Assembly: GCA_965277105.1 (NCBI GenBank)
Contig: OZ255710.1
Span: 1,359,042-1,423,041 of the forward strand
Length of the DNA: 64,000 bases
From: Spirochaetota bacterium
GTDB lineage: Bacteria; Spirochaetota; UBA12135; COTS27; CAXSBA01
Direction: 5' to 3'
The notes beneath the pieces are model-generated. The model was given only the letters and a program-made list of their open reading frames with translations, searched no databases and was not told where the DNA came from. The number at the start of each line of letters is the position of its first letter. Position 1 is the stretch's first letter. The position numbers and the translations under genes were made by a program. Below are positions 10,921-19,653 of the stretch, piece after piece.

Positions 10921-11910
10921 TTATAATAAGTTTTTAACCGCTTCTTTTTCTTCTAAAAGTTCATCATAACTGGCTTTTACTTTACCTTGACTAAAGTCAT
11001 TAAGCTCAAGCCCTTCTACTACCTGCCAATTTTCGCCATCGCTTTTAATAGGGAAAGAAAACATCACTTCTTCGTCAATCCCATATGGATTCCTAGCTAC
11101 TGTAGAAGAAACTGCTACTGAAAACCAATCTCCTACTGGAGTGGGAGTAACAAGACTTTTCACCGTTGCTAAAGCTGCCGAAGCCGCCGAAGCTGCCGAA
11201 GAAGCTCCCCGAGCGTTAATAATAGCTGCCCCTCTTTGCTGAACCGTTTGAATAAAATCACTTTCCAGCCAATTGCTATCTTGGATAACTTCAGTAACGG
11301 GTTTGCCATCTATTTTAGCATGATAGAAATCAGGATACTGGGTGCTAGAGTGATTACCCCAAATAGTCATATTGCTTATTTTAGAATTATGAATACCCGA
11401 CTTCTCAGCGAGTTGAGAAATAGCTCGTTGCTCATCAAGAGCAGTCATAGCAAAAAAGTTTTTTGCTGGGATTCGATTAGCTTTGCTTTTAGCAATCAAA
11501 GCATTGGTGTTACAAGGATTACCAACCACCAAAACTTTACAATTATCTTGAGCATTTTCTTCGATAGCTAGCCCTTGACTGGTAAAAATGCCTCCATTAA
11601 TATTGAGTAAATCTTTTCGTTCCATGCCTTTTTTGCGAGGAACAGAGCCAACTAATAAAGCCCAGTCCGCGTCCTTAAAGGCAACTTCCAATTTATCAGT
11701 AGTTGTTATCGATTTAAGGCAAGAAAAAGCACAGTCGTCTAATTCCATTTTAACGCCTTCTAAAGCGGGTAGTGCTTGGGGAAGTTCTAATAGTTTTAAA
11801 TTAACTAGGGTATCTTTCCCAAAAATTTCTCCCGAAGCTAAGCGAAACAACAAAGCATAGCCAATTTGTCCAGCTGCTCCCGTGATACTTACAGTAATTT
11901 CTTTTTGCAT
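10921..11910 (-). CDS. mdh: Malate dehydrogenase (long, Thermus/cytosolic-like type)
   Basis: 329 aa; motifs [26 protein letters not shown] and [11 protein letters not shown]. Confidence 0.9.
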   Translation of the reverse strand: MQKEITVSITGAAGQIGYALLFRLASGEIFGKDTLVNLKLLELPQALPALEGVKMELDDCAFSCLKSITTTDKLEVAFKDADWALLVGSVPRKKGMERKDLLNINGGIFTSQGLAIEENAQDNCKVLVVGNPCNTNALIAKSKANRIPAKNFFAMTALDEQRAISQLAEKSGIHNSKISNMTIWGNHSSTQYPDFYHAKIDGKPVTEVIQDSNWLESDFIQTVQQRGAAIINARGASSAASAASAALATVKSLVTPTPVGDWFSVAVSSTVARNPYGIDEEVMFSFPIKSDGENWQVVEGLELNDFSQGKVKASYDELLEEKEAVKNLL

Positions 11911-11971
11911 AATGTATGCCCCCTAATTTATAAAGATATAGGAATTATACCATAAATAAACATTTATAGCA

Positions 11972-12769
11972 CTAGTTCATCACACTGCCACCATCAACGT
12001 TAATGGTTTGAGCAGTGATGTAATTTGCTTCTTCACTGGCCAAAAAAACCGCTACTTCCGCTATTTGATTAGGTTCTCCCATATATCCCAAAGGAACCGC
12101 TCGTCCCACTTGCTTTTTCTTTTCTCCTAAGGGTAAATTTTCATATTTAGCAAATAGTTTATCGACTTCCTGCCACATAGGTGTATCAATTACTCCTGGA
12201 GCAATAGCATTAACTCGAATATGATGAGGCGCCATAGCTAAAGCCGCACTTTGGGTGTAACTAATAACCGCGGCCTTAGTAGCGCAGTAATGAGAAACTA
12301 AAGCTTCTCCTCTTCTCCCAGCTTGCGATGAGAGATTAATAATCGACCCCCTTACGCTATTTTTAACCATAGAAGCTAAAACTTTCTGCATTAAGAAAAA
12401 CATTCCTTTCACATTAACAGCAAAAAGTTCATCATACATAGCTTCATCGCTTTCTAACAAAGGAGCCATATCGAAAATAGCAGCATTATTAAATAAGATA
12501 TGAATATTCCCCCATTTTTTTTCTGCTTCCTCTAAAAAGGTAGTTACCGCACTAGATTTAGTAACGTCAACATTGGGATAATAATGCAGTTTTTCTGGGT
12601 ATTCTTCTAATAATTTTTTAATTTCTTCACTGGGATTTTCGTCTAAATCCCCCACACTACACTTAGCACCCGATACTAAAAAAGCCCTTACTGTGGCTAA
12701 GCCAATGCCACGATTCCCCCCGCTAATAATGGCATGTTTATCTAGTAAGCGGTTATTTATTTTGTTCAA
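11972..12769 (-). CDS. smoS: Short-chain dehydrogenase, sorbitol/polyol dehydrogenase-like
   Basis: 265-aa classical SDR (GGNRGIG, NNAA, SHYCATKAA with catalytic Y-x3-K, PGVIDTPM). It is the last gene of a polyol transport/oxidation operon, as in Rhodobacter smoS. The TTG start is uncertain and overlaps the upstream gene by 17 nt. Confidence 0.6.
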   Translation of the reverse strand: MNKINNRLLDKHAIISGGNRGIGLATVRAFLVSGAKCSVGDLDENPSEEIKKLLEEYPEKLHYYPNVDVTKSSAVTTFLEEAEKKWGNIHILFNNAAIFDMAPLLESDEAMYDELFAVNVKGMFFLMQKVLASMVKNSVRGSIINLSSQAGRRGEALVSHYCATKAAVISYTQSAALAMAPHHIRVNAIAPGVIDTPMWQEVDKLFAKYENLPLGEKKKQVGRAVPLGYMGEPNQIAEVAVFLASEEANYITAQTINVDGGSVMN

Positions 12770-14162
12770 TAAAATACTCTATCCTTTTCATTGCTTCTCG
12801 CATATTAGCGATAACATTTTCATTATCAACTAAATCTCCCCACAGCATACCATTAGCGCAAAAAGCAGCAACTGAATCCGAAGAACGACAAATAGCTTGG
12901 GCTACAAGTAGATCCATAGATTGATCTTCATACTCGAAAGATATCTTACCCACATCCCACATTTTAAGGAACTCTAAAAAAAGAGCCGGCAACATAATAA
13001 CATCAACAATGCTTTCTTCCCTTTTTAATCGAGTTTTTATAGTAGGGACAATAAACCCGGGTATTTTAGAAAACCCGTCCATAGCTACTCGTTGATTTGT
13101 GTCTTTTAAATAAGCGTTAGAGAAACGGTCTAAGACTAAATCACGATAATTTTCTAAGTTGATCGGACTAGGAAGCAAGATAGGAATTACGTCATTGGTA
13201 ATATAGTCATAGGCCATTTTTCTAATGGCTGGCTGAAGCAATCCTTCGTGAATATAGTTATAGCCCAACAAGCTCCCCGCCCAAGCAATGCAGCTATGTG
13301 TCGCATTAAGCAAGCGAATTTTGGCATTTTCATAAGGCTCGACATTGCCCACTAATTCCACACCTACTTTTTCTAAAGCAGGCCGCTCGTTAATAAAGTT
13401 ATCTTCTAAAACCCATTGAATAAATTCCTCGCCCATAACGGCACTTGCATTTTTTTCACCAGTAGCTCGAGCTACTCGCTCGAAAACTTCCTCGCTTGGA
13501 CGCGGGGTAATTCGGTCCACCATACTTTGCGGACAACTGCAATTATTTTCAAACCAGTTTAAAAATTCATTATCACCTAATAAACAGATAAACTGTTTCA
13601 TTCCTCTTTTAAAGCGTTGCCCATTATGCTGCAAATTATCACAAGTCATCAAAGTAATTTTTGCTTTATCTTGAGCCTCTCCATTATCTGCTATTTTTTC
13701 TTTTCTTGCTTTAAGTAGGCGATACAAAACTCCATAAACGGTACGCATTTTTTGCTGCCCTTCTTTAACTTTTAAATCATTAGCTAAATCGGGGAGAGCA
13801 ACCATAAGGTTATCTTCTAAATCTAAATAATACCCCGCTTCCGTTACGGTAAAGGAAATGATTTTGGTATGGAGGTCAGCTCCTACTCTCATTATTTCTT
13901 TTAAACTATCTTCATAAGGAATAATTTTTTGAAGGGAGCGAATTCCTTGATAATTTTTTTCTCCTTGAGGAGAAATGGTTTCTAACGTGTATTTCCCTCC
14001 GCTATCTTTTAACGCCTTAATAACCGGAGGATCTTCTTGAATATTCCCCGCGACTATTCCCCAATCTTCGTCCCCTAATTGATAAAGCTCATTAATATAA
14101 ACAGCTTGATGAGCTCGGTGGAATGAACCTAACCCTAAATGGAGGATAATTTTTTTAGGCAT
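12753..14162 (-). CDS. mtlK: Mannitol 2-dehydrogenase family (long-chain polyol dehydrogenase)
   Basis: 469 aa; N-terminal LHLGLGSFHRAHQA and central VDRITP motifs of the mannitol dehydrogenase family. Substrate is inferred from operon context. Confidence 0.7.
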   Translation of the reverse strand: MPKKIILHLGLGSFHRAHQAVYINELYQLGDEDWGIVAGNIQEDPPVIKALKDSGGKYTLETISPQGEKNYQGIRSLQKIIPYEDSLKEIMRVGADLHTKIISFTVTEAGYYLDLEDNLMVALPDLANDLKVKEGQQKMRTVYGVLYRLLKARKEKIADNGEAQDKAKITLMTCDNLQHNGQRFKRGMKQFICLLGDNEFLNWFENNCSCPQSMVDRITPRPSEEVFERVARATGEKNASAVMGEEFIQWVLEDNFINERPALEKVGVELVGNVEPYENAKIRLLNATHSCIAWAGSLLGYNYIHEGLLQPAIRKMAYDYITNDVIPILLPSPINLENYRDLVLDRFSNAYLKDTNQRVAMDGFSKIPGFIVPTIKTRLKREESIVDVIMLPALFLEFLKMWDVGKISFEYEDQSMDLLVAQAICRSSDSVAAFCANGMLWGDLVDNENVIANMREAMKRIEYFIEQNK

Positions 14163-14171
14163 TGAACTTAT

Positions 14172-15230
14172 TTAATTAAGGGTTTTACCTTCAGCATCAA
14201 AAAAGTATAACTTATTAAAATCGATACTCGCTTCCACTTTTTTAATTCTTTTCACAACTCTATCTTTTTGTTGACAAACTAAAGTTGCTCCATTAGCCAT
14301 CTTTAAATAAATTAAAGTTTCCATTCCTAAGTTTTCGATTAAAACAACTTCCGCTGAAAAAGCAAGTCCATTAGCTTTTTTTTGTAGATAAACAGCTTCA
14401 GGGCGATACCCAATGGTTTTCACTTGGTCAGCAATATTTTCTTTCTGCTTTTTTAAAAAACTATTCACTTTGTTTTTTAAAGTAGTTGGCAAATCAGCAA
14501 AAGAGTTAATATTCATTTTAGGGCTACCAATAAATTCCGCGACAAACTGATTAGCTGGTTTATCAAACAACTCTAAAGGGGTTCCCACCTGCTCGATATT
14601 TCCACCGCGCAGAACAACCACCCTATCCGCTAAAGTCATAGCTTCGACTTGATCATGGGTTACGTAAATGGTAGTGGTTTTTAAATTTTTATGGAGGTTA
14701 GCTATTTCCACCCTTGTTTGCGTGCGCAGTGCAGCATCAAGATTAGAAAGTGGTTCATCAAATAGAAAAACTCGTGGGTTACGAATAATCGCTCGCCCAA
14801 TCGCTACCCGTTGACGTTGCCCACCAGATAACTCTTTCGGCAATCTTTTTAAGTAAGGGGTAAGCTCTAAAATCTTAGCTGTCTCTTTTACTTTTTCAGT
14901 GATAACGCTTTTTGATTTTTTGGCTAAGCGAAGAGAAAAGCTCATATTATCAAAAACATTCATATGGGGGTAAAGAGCGTAGCTTTGAAAAACCATAGCT
15001 AAATTTCTTTTTGATGGTGAAAGGTAAGTAATGTCTTCTCCTTCTAGTTCCAAACGCCCAGCATCAATGGTTTCTAAACCAGCTATCAATCTAAGCAATG
15101 TAGATTTTCCACATCCTGAAGGGCCAACAAAAACTACAAATTCTTTGTTGAAAATTTCTAGATTAATTTTTTTAATGGCTTGGGTATCACCAAAATTCTT
15201 TTCTATATTAGTTAATTTTAAAAAACTCAT
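14172..15230 (-). CDS. smoK: Sugar/polyol ABC transporter ATP-binding protein (MalK/UgpC type)
   Basis: 352 aa; Walker [10 protein letters not shown], signature LSGGQRQRVA, Walker B FLFDEPLS. Confidence 0.85.
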   Translation of the reverse strand: MSFLKLTNIEKNFGDTQAIKKINLEIFNKEFVVFVGPSGCGKSTLLRLIAGLETIDAGRLELEGEDITYLSPSKRNLAMVFQSYALYPHMNVFDNMSFSLRLAKKSKSVITEKVKETAKILELTPYLKRLPKELSGGQRQRVAIGRAIIRNPRVFLFDEPLSNLDAALRTQTRVEIANLHKNLKTTTIYVTHDQVEAMTLADRVVVLRGGNIEQVGTPLELFDKPANQFVAEFIGSPKMNINSFADLPTTLKNKVNSFLKKQKENIADQVKTIGYRPEAVYLQKKANGLAFSAEVVLIENLGMETLIYLKMANGATLVCQQKDRVVKRIKKVEASIDFNKLYFFDAEGKTLN

Positions 15231-16054
15231 TATTTTATCGCTCCGAAAGTTAAGCCTTGTACTAATTGCTTTTGACTAAACCACCCAAAAAAAATGATAG
15301 GGGCAATAGCTAAAAGAGAAACCGCTGATAATTTAGCCCAAAAAAGTCCTTCTGGACTAGAATAAGAAGCAACTAAAGCGGCTAAGGTACCGGCATCTGC
15401 TGAGGTTAAATTTAAAGACCAAAAAGCCTCATTCCAACTAAGGATTAAGCAAAGTAAGAAAGTAGAAGAAATCCCTCCAATAGAAAGTGGGAGTAAAATC
15501 CTTTTCAATTCTTCAATAAAAGAAGCCCCGTCCATTTTAGCTGCTTCTAAAATTTCTTTAGGGATTTCCTTAAAATAAGTAAACATCATCCACACCATAA
15601 TAGGTAAATTGATCAAAGTAAAAATAATGGTAAGCCCTATTTTAGTATCCAATAAATTAAGTTTTTGCAAAATCAAATAAACCGGGATTAATGCGCCTAC
15701 TGCTGGCATCATTTTAGTAGAAAGCATCCAAACCAAAATATTTTTAGTGTGCTTGCTTTTAAAAAAAGCCATGGAATAAGCTGCTGGTATGGCAATAAGC
15801 AAACCAATAATAGTGGAAGCAAAACTCGTGATTACTGAGTTATAAGCAAAACCTAAATAATTACTCCGTTCCTGCACTTCAACGAAATTTTCCAAAGTGG
15901 GTGGAAAAATAAAAAGCGGAGGAACCGAAATGGCTTGGAGCTCGGTTTTAAAAGAAGTAAGAAAAAGCCAAAGCAGTGGGAAAGCTACTAAGAGAGCGAC
16001 CACCCAAGCAATTACTCCTCTAAGGACGTTCATGGTATTGATTTTGTTTTTCAT
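15230..16054 (-). CDS. smoG: CUT1-family ABC permease
   Basis: 274 aa, 6 TM, EAA loop (EAAKMDGAS...). Confidence 0.8.
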   Translation of the reverse strand: MKNKINTMNVLRGVIAWVVALLVAFPLLWLFLTSFKTELQAISVPPLFIFPPTLENFVEVQERSNYLGFAYNSVITSFASTIIGLLIAIPAAYSMAFFKSKHTKNILVWMLSTKMMPAVGALIPVYLILQKLNLLDTKIGLTIIFTLINLPIMVWMMFTYFKEIPKEILEAAKMDGASFIEELKRILLPLSIGGISSTFLLCLILSWNEAFWSLNLTSADAGTLAALVASYSSPEGLFWAKLSAVSLLAIAPIIFFGWFSQKQLVQGLTFGAIK

Positions 16055-16068
16055 AGTGAATAATAAAT

Positions 16069-16950
16069 TTACTCTAAATTTTTATAAATAATGCGGATAA
16101 GAAAAATCGCCACTATATTAGCAAAAATAATCGCAAATAAAGCACCCGCCGAAGCCACCCCAATGTCAAAATTTAATAGCGCTTGCTTGAAAATTAAAAA
16201 AGCAATATTCGTACTGGCATCTCCCGGACCTCCGCTAGTAGTAGTAAAGATTTCGGCAAAAACACTAATGAGAAAAATCACTTCAATCATCACCACAATT
16301 GAAATAGGACGACTAAGATGAGGTAAGTAAAGGAACCTAACTTGCTGGAAATAAGTAGCTCCATCTATTTTGGCAGCCTCCAATTGATCACGATTCATAG
16401 ACTGCAAAGAAGTGATAAAGATTAAAGTAGCAAAGGGAAGCCACTGCCAGGAAATCATAATAATAATAGAAAAGAGAGGAAGTTCGGTAAGCCAATCAAT
16501 TGGAGTTAGCCCGAAAAACTGCCATACTTGTGCTAAAACTCCATAAATGGGATTCATCATCATATGCTTCCACAAAAGGGCGTTTACCGTCGGCATCACA
16601 AAAAAAGGAGAAATAAGTAAAAGACGGACAATCCCTCTACCAAAAAACTTTTTCTCGGTTATTAAGGCTAGGAAAATCCCCCCTACTATGGTGATAATCA
16701 CGACACTTCCTAGTAAAAGTACCGTATTCCAAACCGCAGCTAAAAAAGATGGCTCGGTTATAAAAAACTCATAATTAAGCCACCCTAAAAATCCAGTTCT
16801 TTCTGGTTGGAGAAGATTATAGCGAATGAAAGAAAAATAAATCGTCATGGATAATGGCAAAATCATCCAAATTAGCAAACTAGAAAAAGCGGGAAATAAT
16901 AGTAAACGAGGAAGGAATTTAGACTTAGAATGAGGAGAGTTTTTGTCCAA
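16069..16950 (-). CDS. smoF: CUT1-family ABC permease
   Basis: 293 aa, 6 TM, EAA loop (EAAKIDGATYFQ). The start codon is TTG. Confidence 0.8.
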   Translation of the reverse strand: MDKNSPHSKSKFLPRLLLFPAFSSLLIWMILPLSMTIYFSFIRYNLLQPERTGFLGWLNYEFFITEPSFLAAVWNTVLLLGSVVIITIVGGIFLALITEKKFFGRGIVRLLLISPFFVMPTVNALLWKHMMMNPIYGVLAQVWQFFGLTPIDWLTELPLFSIIIMISWQWLPFATLIFITSLQSMNRDQLEAAKIDGATYFQQVRFLYLPHLSRPISIVVMIEVIFLISVFAEIFTTTSGGPGDASTNIAFLIFKQALLNFDIGVASAGALFAIIFANIVAIFLIRIIYKNLE

Positions 16951-17009
16951 AGTAAAAAGTTATTTTAAATTAATAATAAAAAAGAAAATGCGTGATGTGA
17001 AAATATGGA

Positions 17010-17036
17010 AAGGGTAATGCCAGTGACATTACCCTT
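17010..17036 (-). promoter_or_regulatory. Intercistronic stem-loop between the binding-protein and permease genes
   Basis: Perfect 10-bp stem AAGGGTAATG / CATTACCCTT with a 7-nt loop in the 116-nt smoE-smoF spacer. No strong T-run follows, so this is more likely an mRNA-stabilising or partial-attenuation element than a terminator. Confidence 0.45.
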
Positions 17037-17066
17037 ATTGCTTTTAAAAATCAATGAAATTATTTA

Positions 17067-18395
17067 TTAATAATACCCTGATTTTCTCATCTCGCGATCC
17101 GCTGCTCTTTGACTATTTTTCAGCGCCTCGTTAATTGAGATTCTTCCAGCTAAAGCAGCACTCATTTGTTGTCCTACCGCAACTCCAATAGCTTGAAACT
17201 CCGGGATAGCAGCAAATTGCACTCCCGTGTAAGGGGTTTTTCTTAAAGTACTGTCATTAGGATTGGCTGTGTTAATAGCAGTAATCTCAGCATCGGCAAA
17301 GACTGCGGCATTTTGAAATTGCTTGTTAGCATAAGTACTTTTTCGAGTGCCTGTAGGAACTCTTGCCCAACCATTTTCTTTGGCTACTAACTTTATATAC
17401 TCTTTCGAAGTAGCCCAAGTGATAAACTTTTTAGCTTCTTCTACTTTGTTCGTACCAACTGGGATAGCCAGTGCCCAAGCCCATAACCAGTTATTCCCTT
17501 TTTTAGTCCTTTCATAAGGCGCCTGAGCAAAAGCAACTTTATCGGCTACTTTACTTTGCTTAGGGTCAGTAATGAAAGAAGCAGCAATAGTAGCGTCTAT
17601 CCACATACCGCATTTCCCTTCGTTGAATAACGCTAAAATTTCGTTAAAACTATTAGATGACGATCCGGGAGGGCCGTAGTTGTTCAGTAAATCAACATAA
17701 AAGTTAATCGCTCTTCGCCACTCAGGGCTATCAAGGGTAGGTTTCCAAGACTTATTAAACCACTGGCCACCAAAGCTATTAACTAAAGTAGTAATGAAAG
17801 CCATGTTGTCTCCCCAGCCCGGTTTTCCTCTTAGACAAATACCATAAATGCCTTCACTAGGATTATGAATAGCCTTAGCTAAAGCTGCTATTGAATCCCA
17901 AGTTGGTTTTTTAGCGACTTTAATCCCTGCTTTATCCGCTAAATCTTTCCGGTACATAAGCATAGAGCTTTCCCCGTAAAAAGGAGCAGCATAAAGTCGG
18001 CCATCATAAGAAAGCCCTTCTCGCATAGGTTTTAAAATATCATTAACATCGTACTTCTTGTCAAAAGTAAGAGGCACCAACCATCTTCGTTGTCCCCAAA
18101 TAGGAGCTTCATACATACCAATGGTCATGATATCGAACTGCCCACCCCTAGTGGTGATGTCGGTGGTTACCCGTTGCCTTAAAATACCTTCTTCTAAAGT
18201 TACCCATTTAACGGTAATATCTGGGTTATCTTGCTCGAAGAATTTGGTTAATTTTTGCATTTCAATCATATGCCCATTATTCACTGTAGCAACGACTAAT
18301 TCAGTTGCTGCACTTAAAGAAACAAATGAAAAAGCTGTTAAAACTACTAATAACTTTAAGCTTAGGTTGATCTGCTTTTTGATTTTTTTAAACAT
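17067..18395 (-). CDS. smoE: Polyol/sugar ABC transporter substrate-binding protein (family 1)
   Basis: 442 aa with signal peptide; strong SD (GGAGGA) upstream; first gene of the operon. Confidence 0.8.
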   Translation of the reverse strand: MFKKIKKQINLSLKLLVVLTAFSFVSLSAATELVVATVNNGHMIEMQKLTKFFEQDNPDITVKWVTLEEGILRQRVTTDITTRGGQFDIMTIGMYEAPIWGQRRWLVPLTFDKKYDVNDILKPMREGLSYDGRLYAAPFYGESSMLMYRKDLADKAGIKVAKKPTWDSIAALAKAIHNPSEGIYGICLRGKPGWGDNMAFITTLVNSFGGQWFNKSWKPTLDSPEWRRAINFYVDLLNNYGPPGSSSNSFNEILALFNEGKCGMWIDATIAASFITDPKQSKVADKVAFAQAPYERTKKGNNWLWAWALAIPVGTNKVEEAKKFITWATSKEYIKLVAKENGWARVPTGTRKSTYANKQFQNAAVFADAEITAINTANPNDSTLRKTPYTGVQFAAIPEFQAIGVAVGQQMSAALAGRISINEALKNSQRAADREMRKSGYY

Positions 18396-18549
18396 ACTAT
18401 AATATTTTCCTCCATATTTAAATTTATATGTTTTTAACTAAACCATATCAAATGATTTACTAGTTCTAAACATTATATTATAAATAAAATAAATTATCTT
18501 AAAAAAATTAGAATAGACAAGTAAATTAGTAATCAATAATAGCCGAGAG

Positions 18550-19032
18550 TTAATCTTGATTAATCTCCGCATCAAAAATGTCTTTATGAATCTCTTCTTC
18601 GTAATCAAAAAGTTCATCTGTGACAAAGACTTCTTCTTTAAAGTCTTGGATTAAATTAAAAGTTTCATTGCTTAACTTTTTCTCAGATAAAAAATGCTCT
18701 CGAGTATATTTTTCTAAATCTAAATCGTCAAAAAAAAAATAATAATCTTCAACTAAATCTTCTCTTCCCACTTGTTCTAAAGCACTTCCTAATTCATTTG
18801 TAATGGTGCTGGCCGGGTAAATCAAAGGAGGAGTCTCATCATCGAGGATGGGAATTTCTTGGTTCTCTCGAGTAACTTTTTCTTGGATAAATTCTTCGCT
18901 GGTTTTTTTAGTTTTTTTTTGAGAAGAATAGGGGAAGAAAAATTCTATAATAAATAAAAGTAAAAAAAAACCAATTACCCCTAAATAAATGATTTTCCTT
19001 TTTTGATAAAATTTTTCCTGGGTTGATTTCAT
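18550..19032 (-). CDS. Hypothetical membrane-anchored protein with acidic C-terminal region
   Basis: 160 aa; one N-terminal TM segment (IIYLGVIGFFLLLFIIEFFF) followed by a D/E-rich tail. I recognise no family. Confidence 0.45.
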   Translation of the reverse strand: MKSTQEKFYQKRKIIYLGVIGFFLLLFIIEFFFPYSSQKKTKKTSEEFIQEKVTRENQEIPILDDETPPLIYPASTITNELGSALEQVGREDLVEDYYFFFDDLDLEKYTREHFLSEKKLSNETFNLIQDFKEEVFVTDELFDYEEEIHKDIFDAEINQD

Positions 19033-19041
19033 CAGGATATT

Positions 19042-19653
19042 TTAAAATTCATATAAAAATAAATTAATTGAAAAAAAAACAAACAAAGCGCCTAGGCCTT
19101 TATTTAAAAAAAAGTTATAAGCTAATAATTTGTTTTTTAATTTTTTGCGAGAAAACAAATAAACAACCAAATAAAACCACCCAAGACAAAAAAAAAACAT
19201 AGTTGTCACGTAGTAAAATTTTTGAGTTAAATCAAAAGAGGATTTGGTGATATAAAAACTAAACAAACTCGAAAGAAAAATGATTAATTTCGGATTAGTG
19301 AGGTTAATCAAAAGTCCTTCCAAAAAAAGCTCCCTGGCCGATTCGTCTTTTCGCTCTGGTTCCACTTGCAAGTTGCTTTTAGCGAAAAACATTTTCACCC
19401 CTAAATAAAAAAGGTAGGCACTCCCTAGATACTTTAAATAACCAATAGCGGTAGTGAAATAAATTTCTAACAGAGTTAAGAAAGTTAGGGTAATAACCCC
19501 ATGGATAATATTCCCCACGCTAATCCCTAAGGCCGTATAATATTTTTTTGAGGTATGGTAGGTTAGAGAATTTTTCAAAACCAAAATAAAATCAGGCCCG
19601 GGAGAAATCAAAGCAACAATGAAAACGGCTATAAAGTTGAGGTAGTCATTCAT
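19042..19653 (-). CDS. LysE/RhtB-family amino-acid exporter
   Basis: Motif ISPGPDF near the N-terminus and about 6 TM segments. I prefer the internal ATG at 19653 (MNDYLNF...), which removes the 38-nt overlap with mutS implied by the track start at 19683. Confidence 0.7.
   Translation of the reverse strand: MNDYLNFIAVFIVALISPGPDFILVLKNSLTYHTSKKYYTALGISVGNIIHGVITLTFLTLLEIYFTTAIGYLKYLGSAYLFYLGVKMFFAKSNLQVEPERKDESARELFLEGLLINLTNPKLIIFLSSLFSFYITKSSFDLTQKFYYVTTMFFFCLGWFYLVVYLFSRKKLKNKLLAYNFFLNKGLGALFVFFSINLFLYEF

Noticed and set aside
18438-18626. A 62-aa ORF overlapping the 3' end of the 160-aa hypothetical gene.
   Set aside because: It overlaps another ORF on the same strand in a different frame, has low-complexity I/L/K/F/N composition, and has no SD. 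It is most likely spurious.
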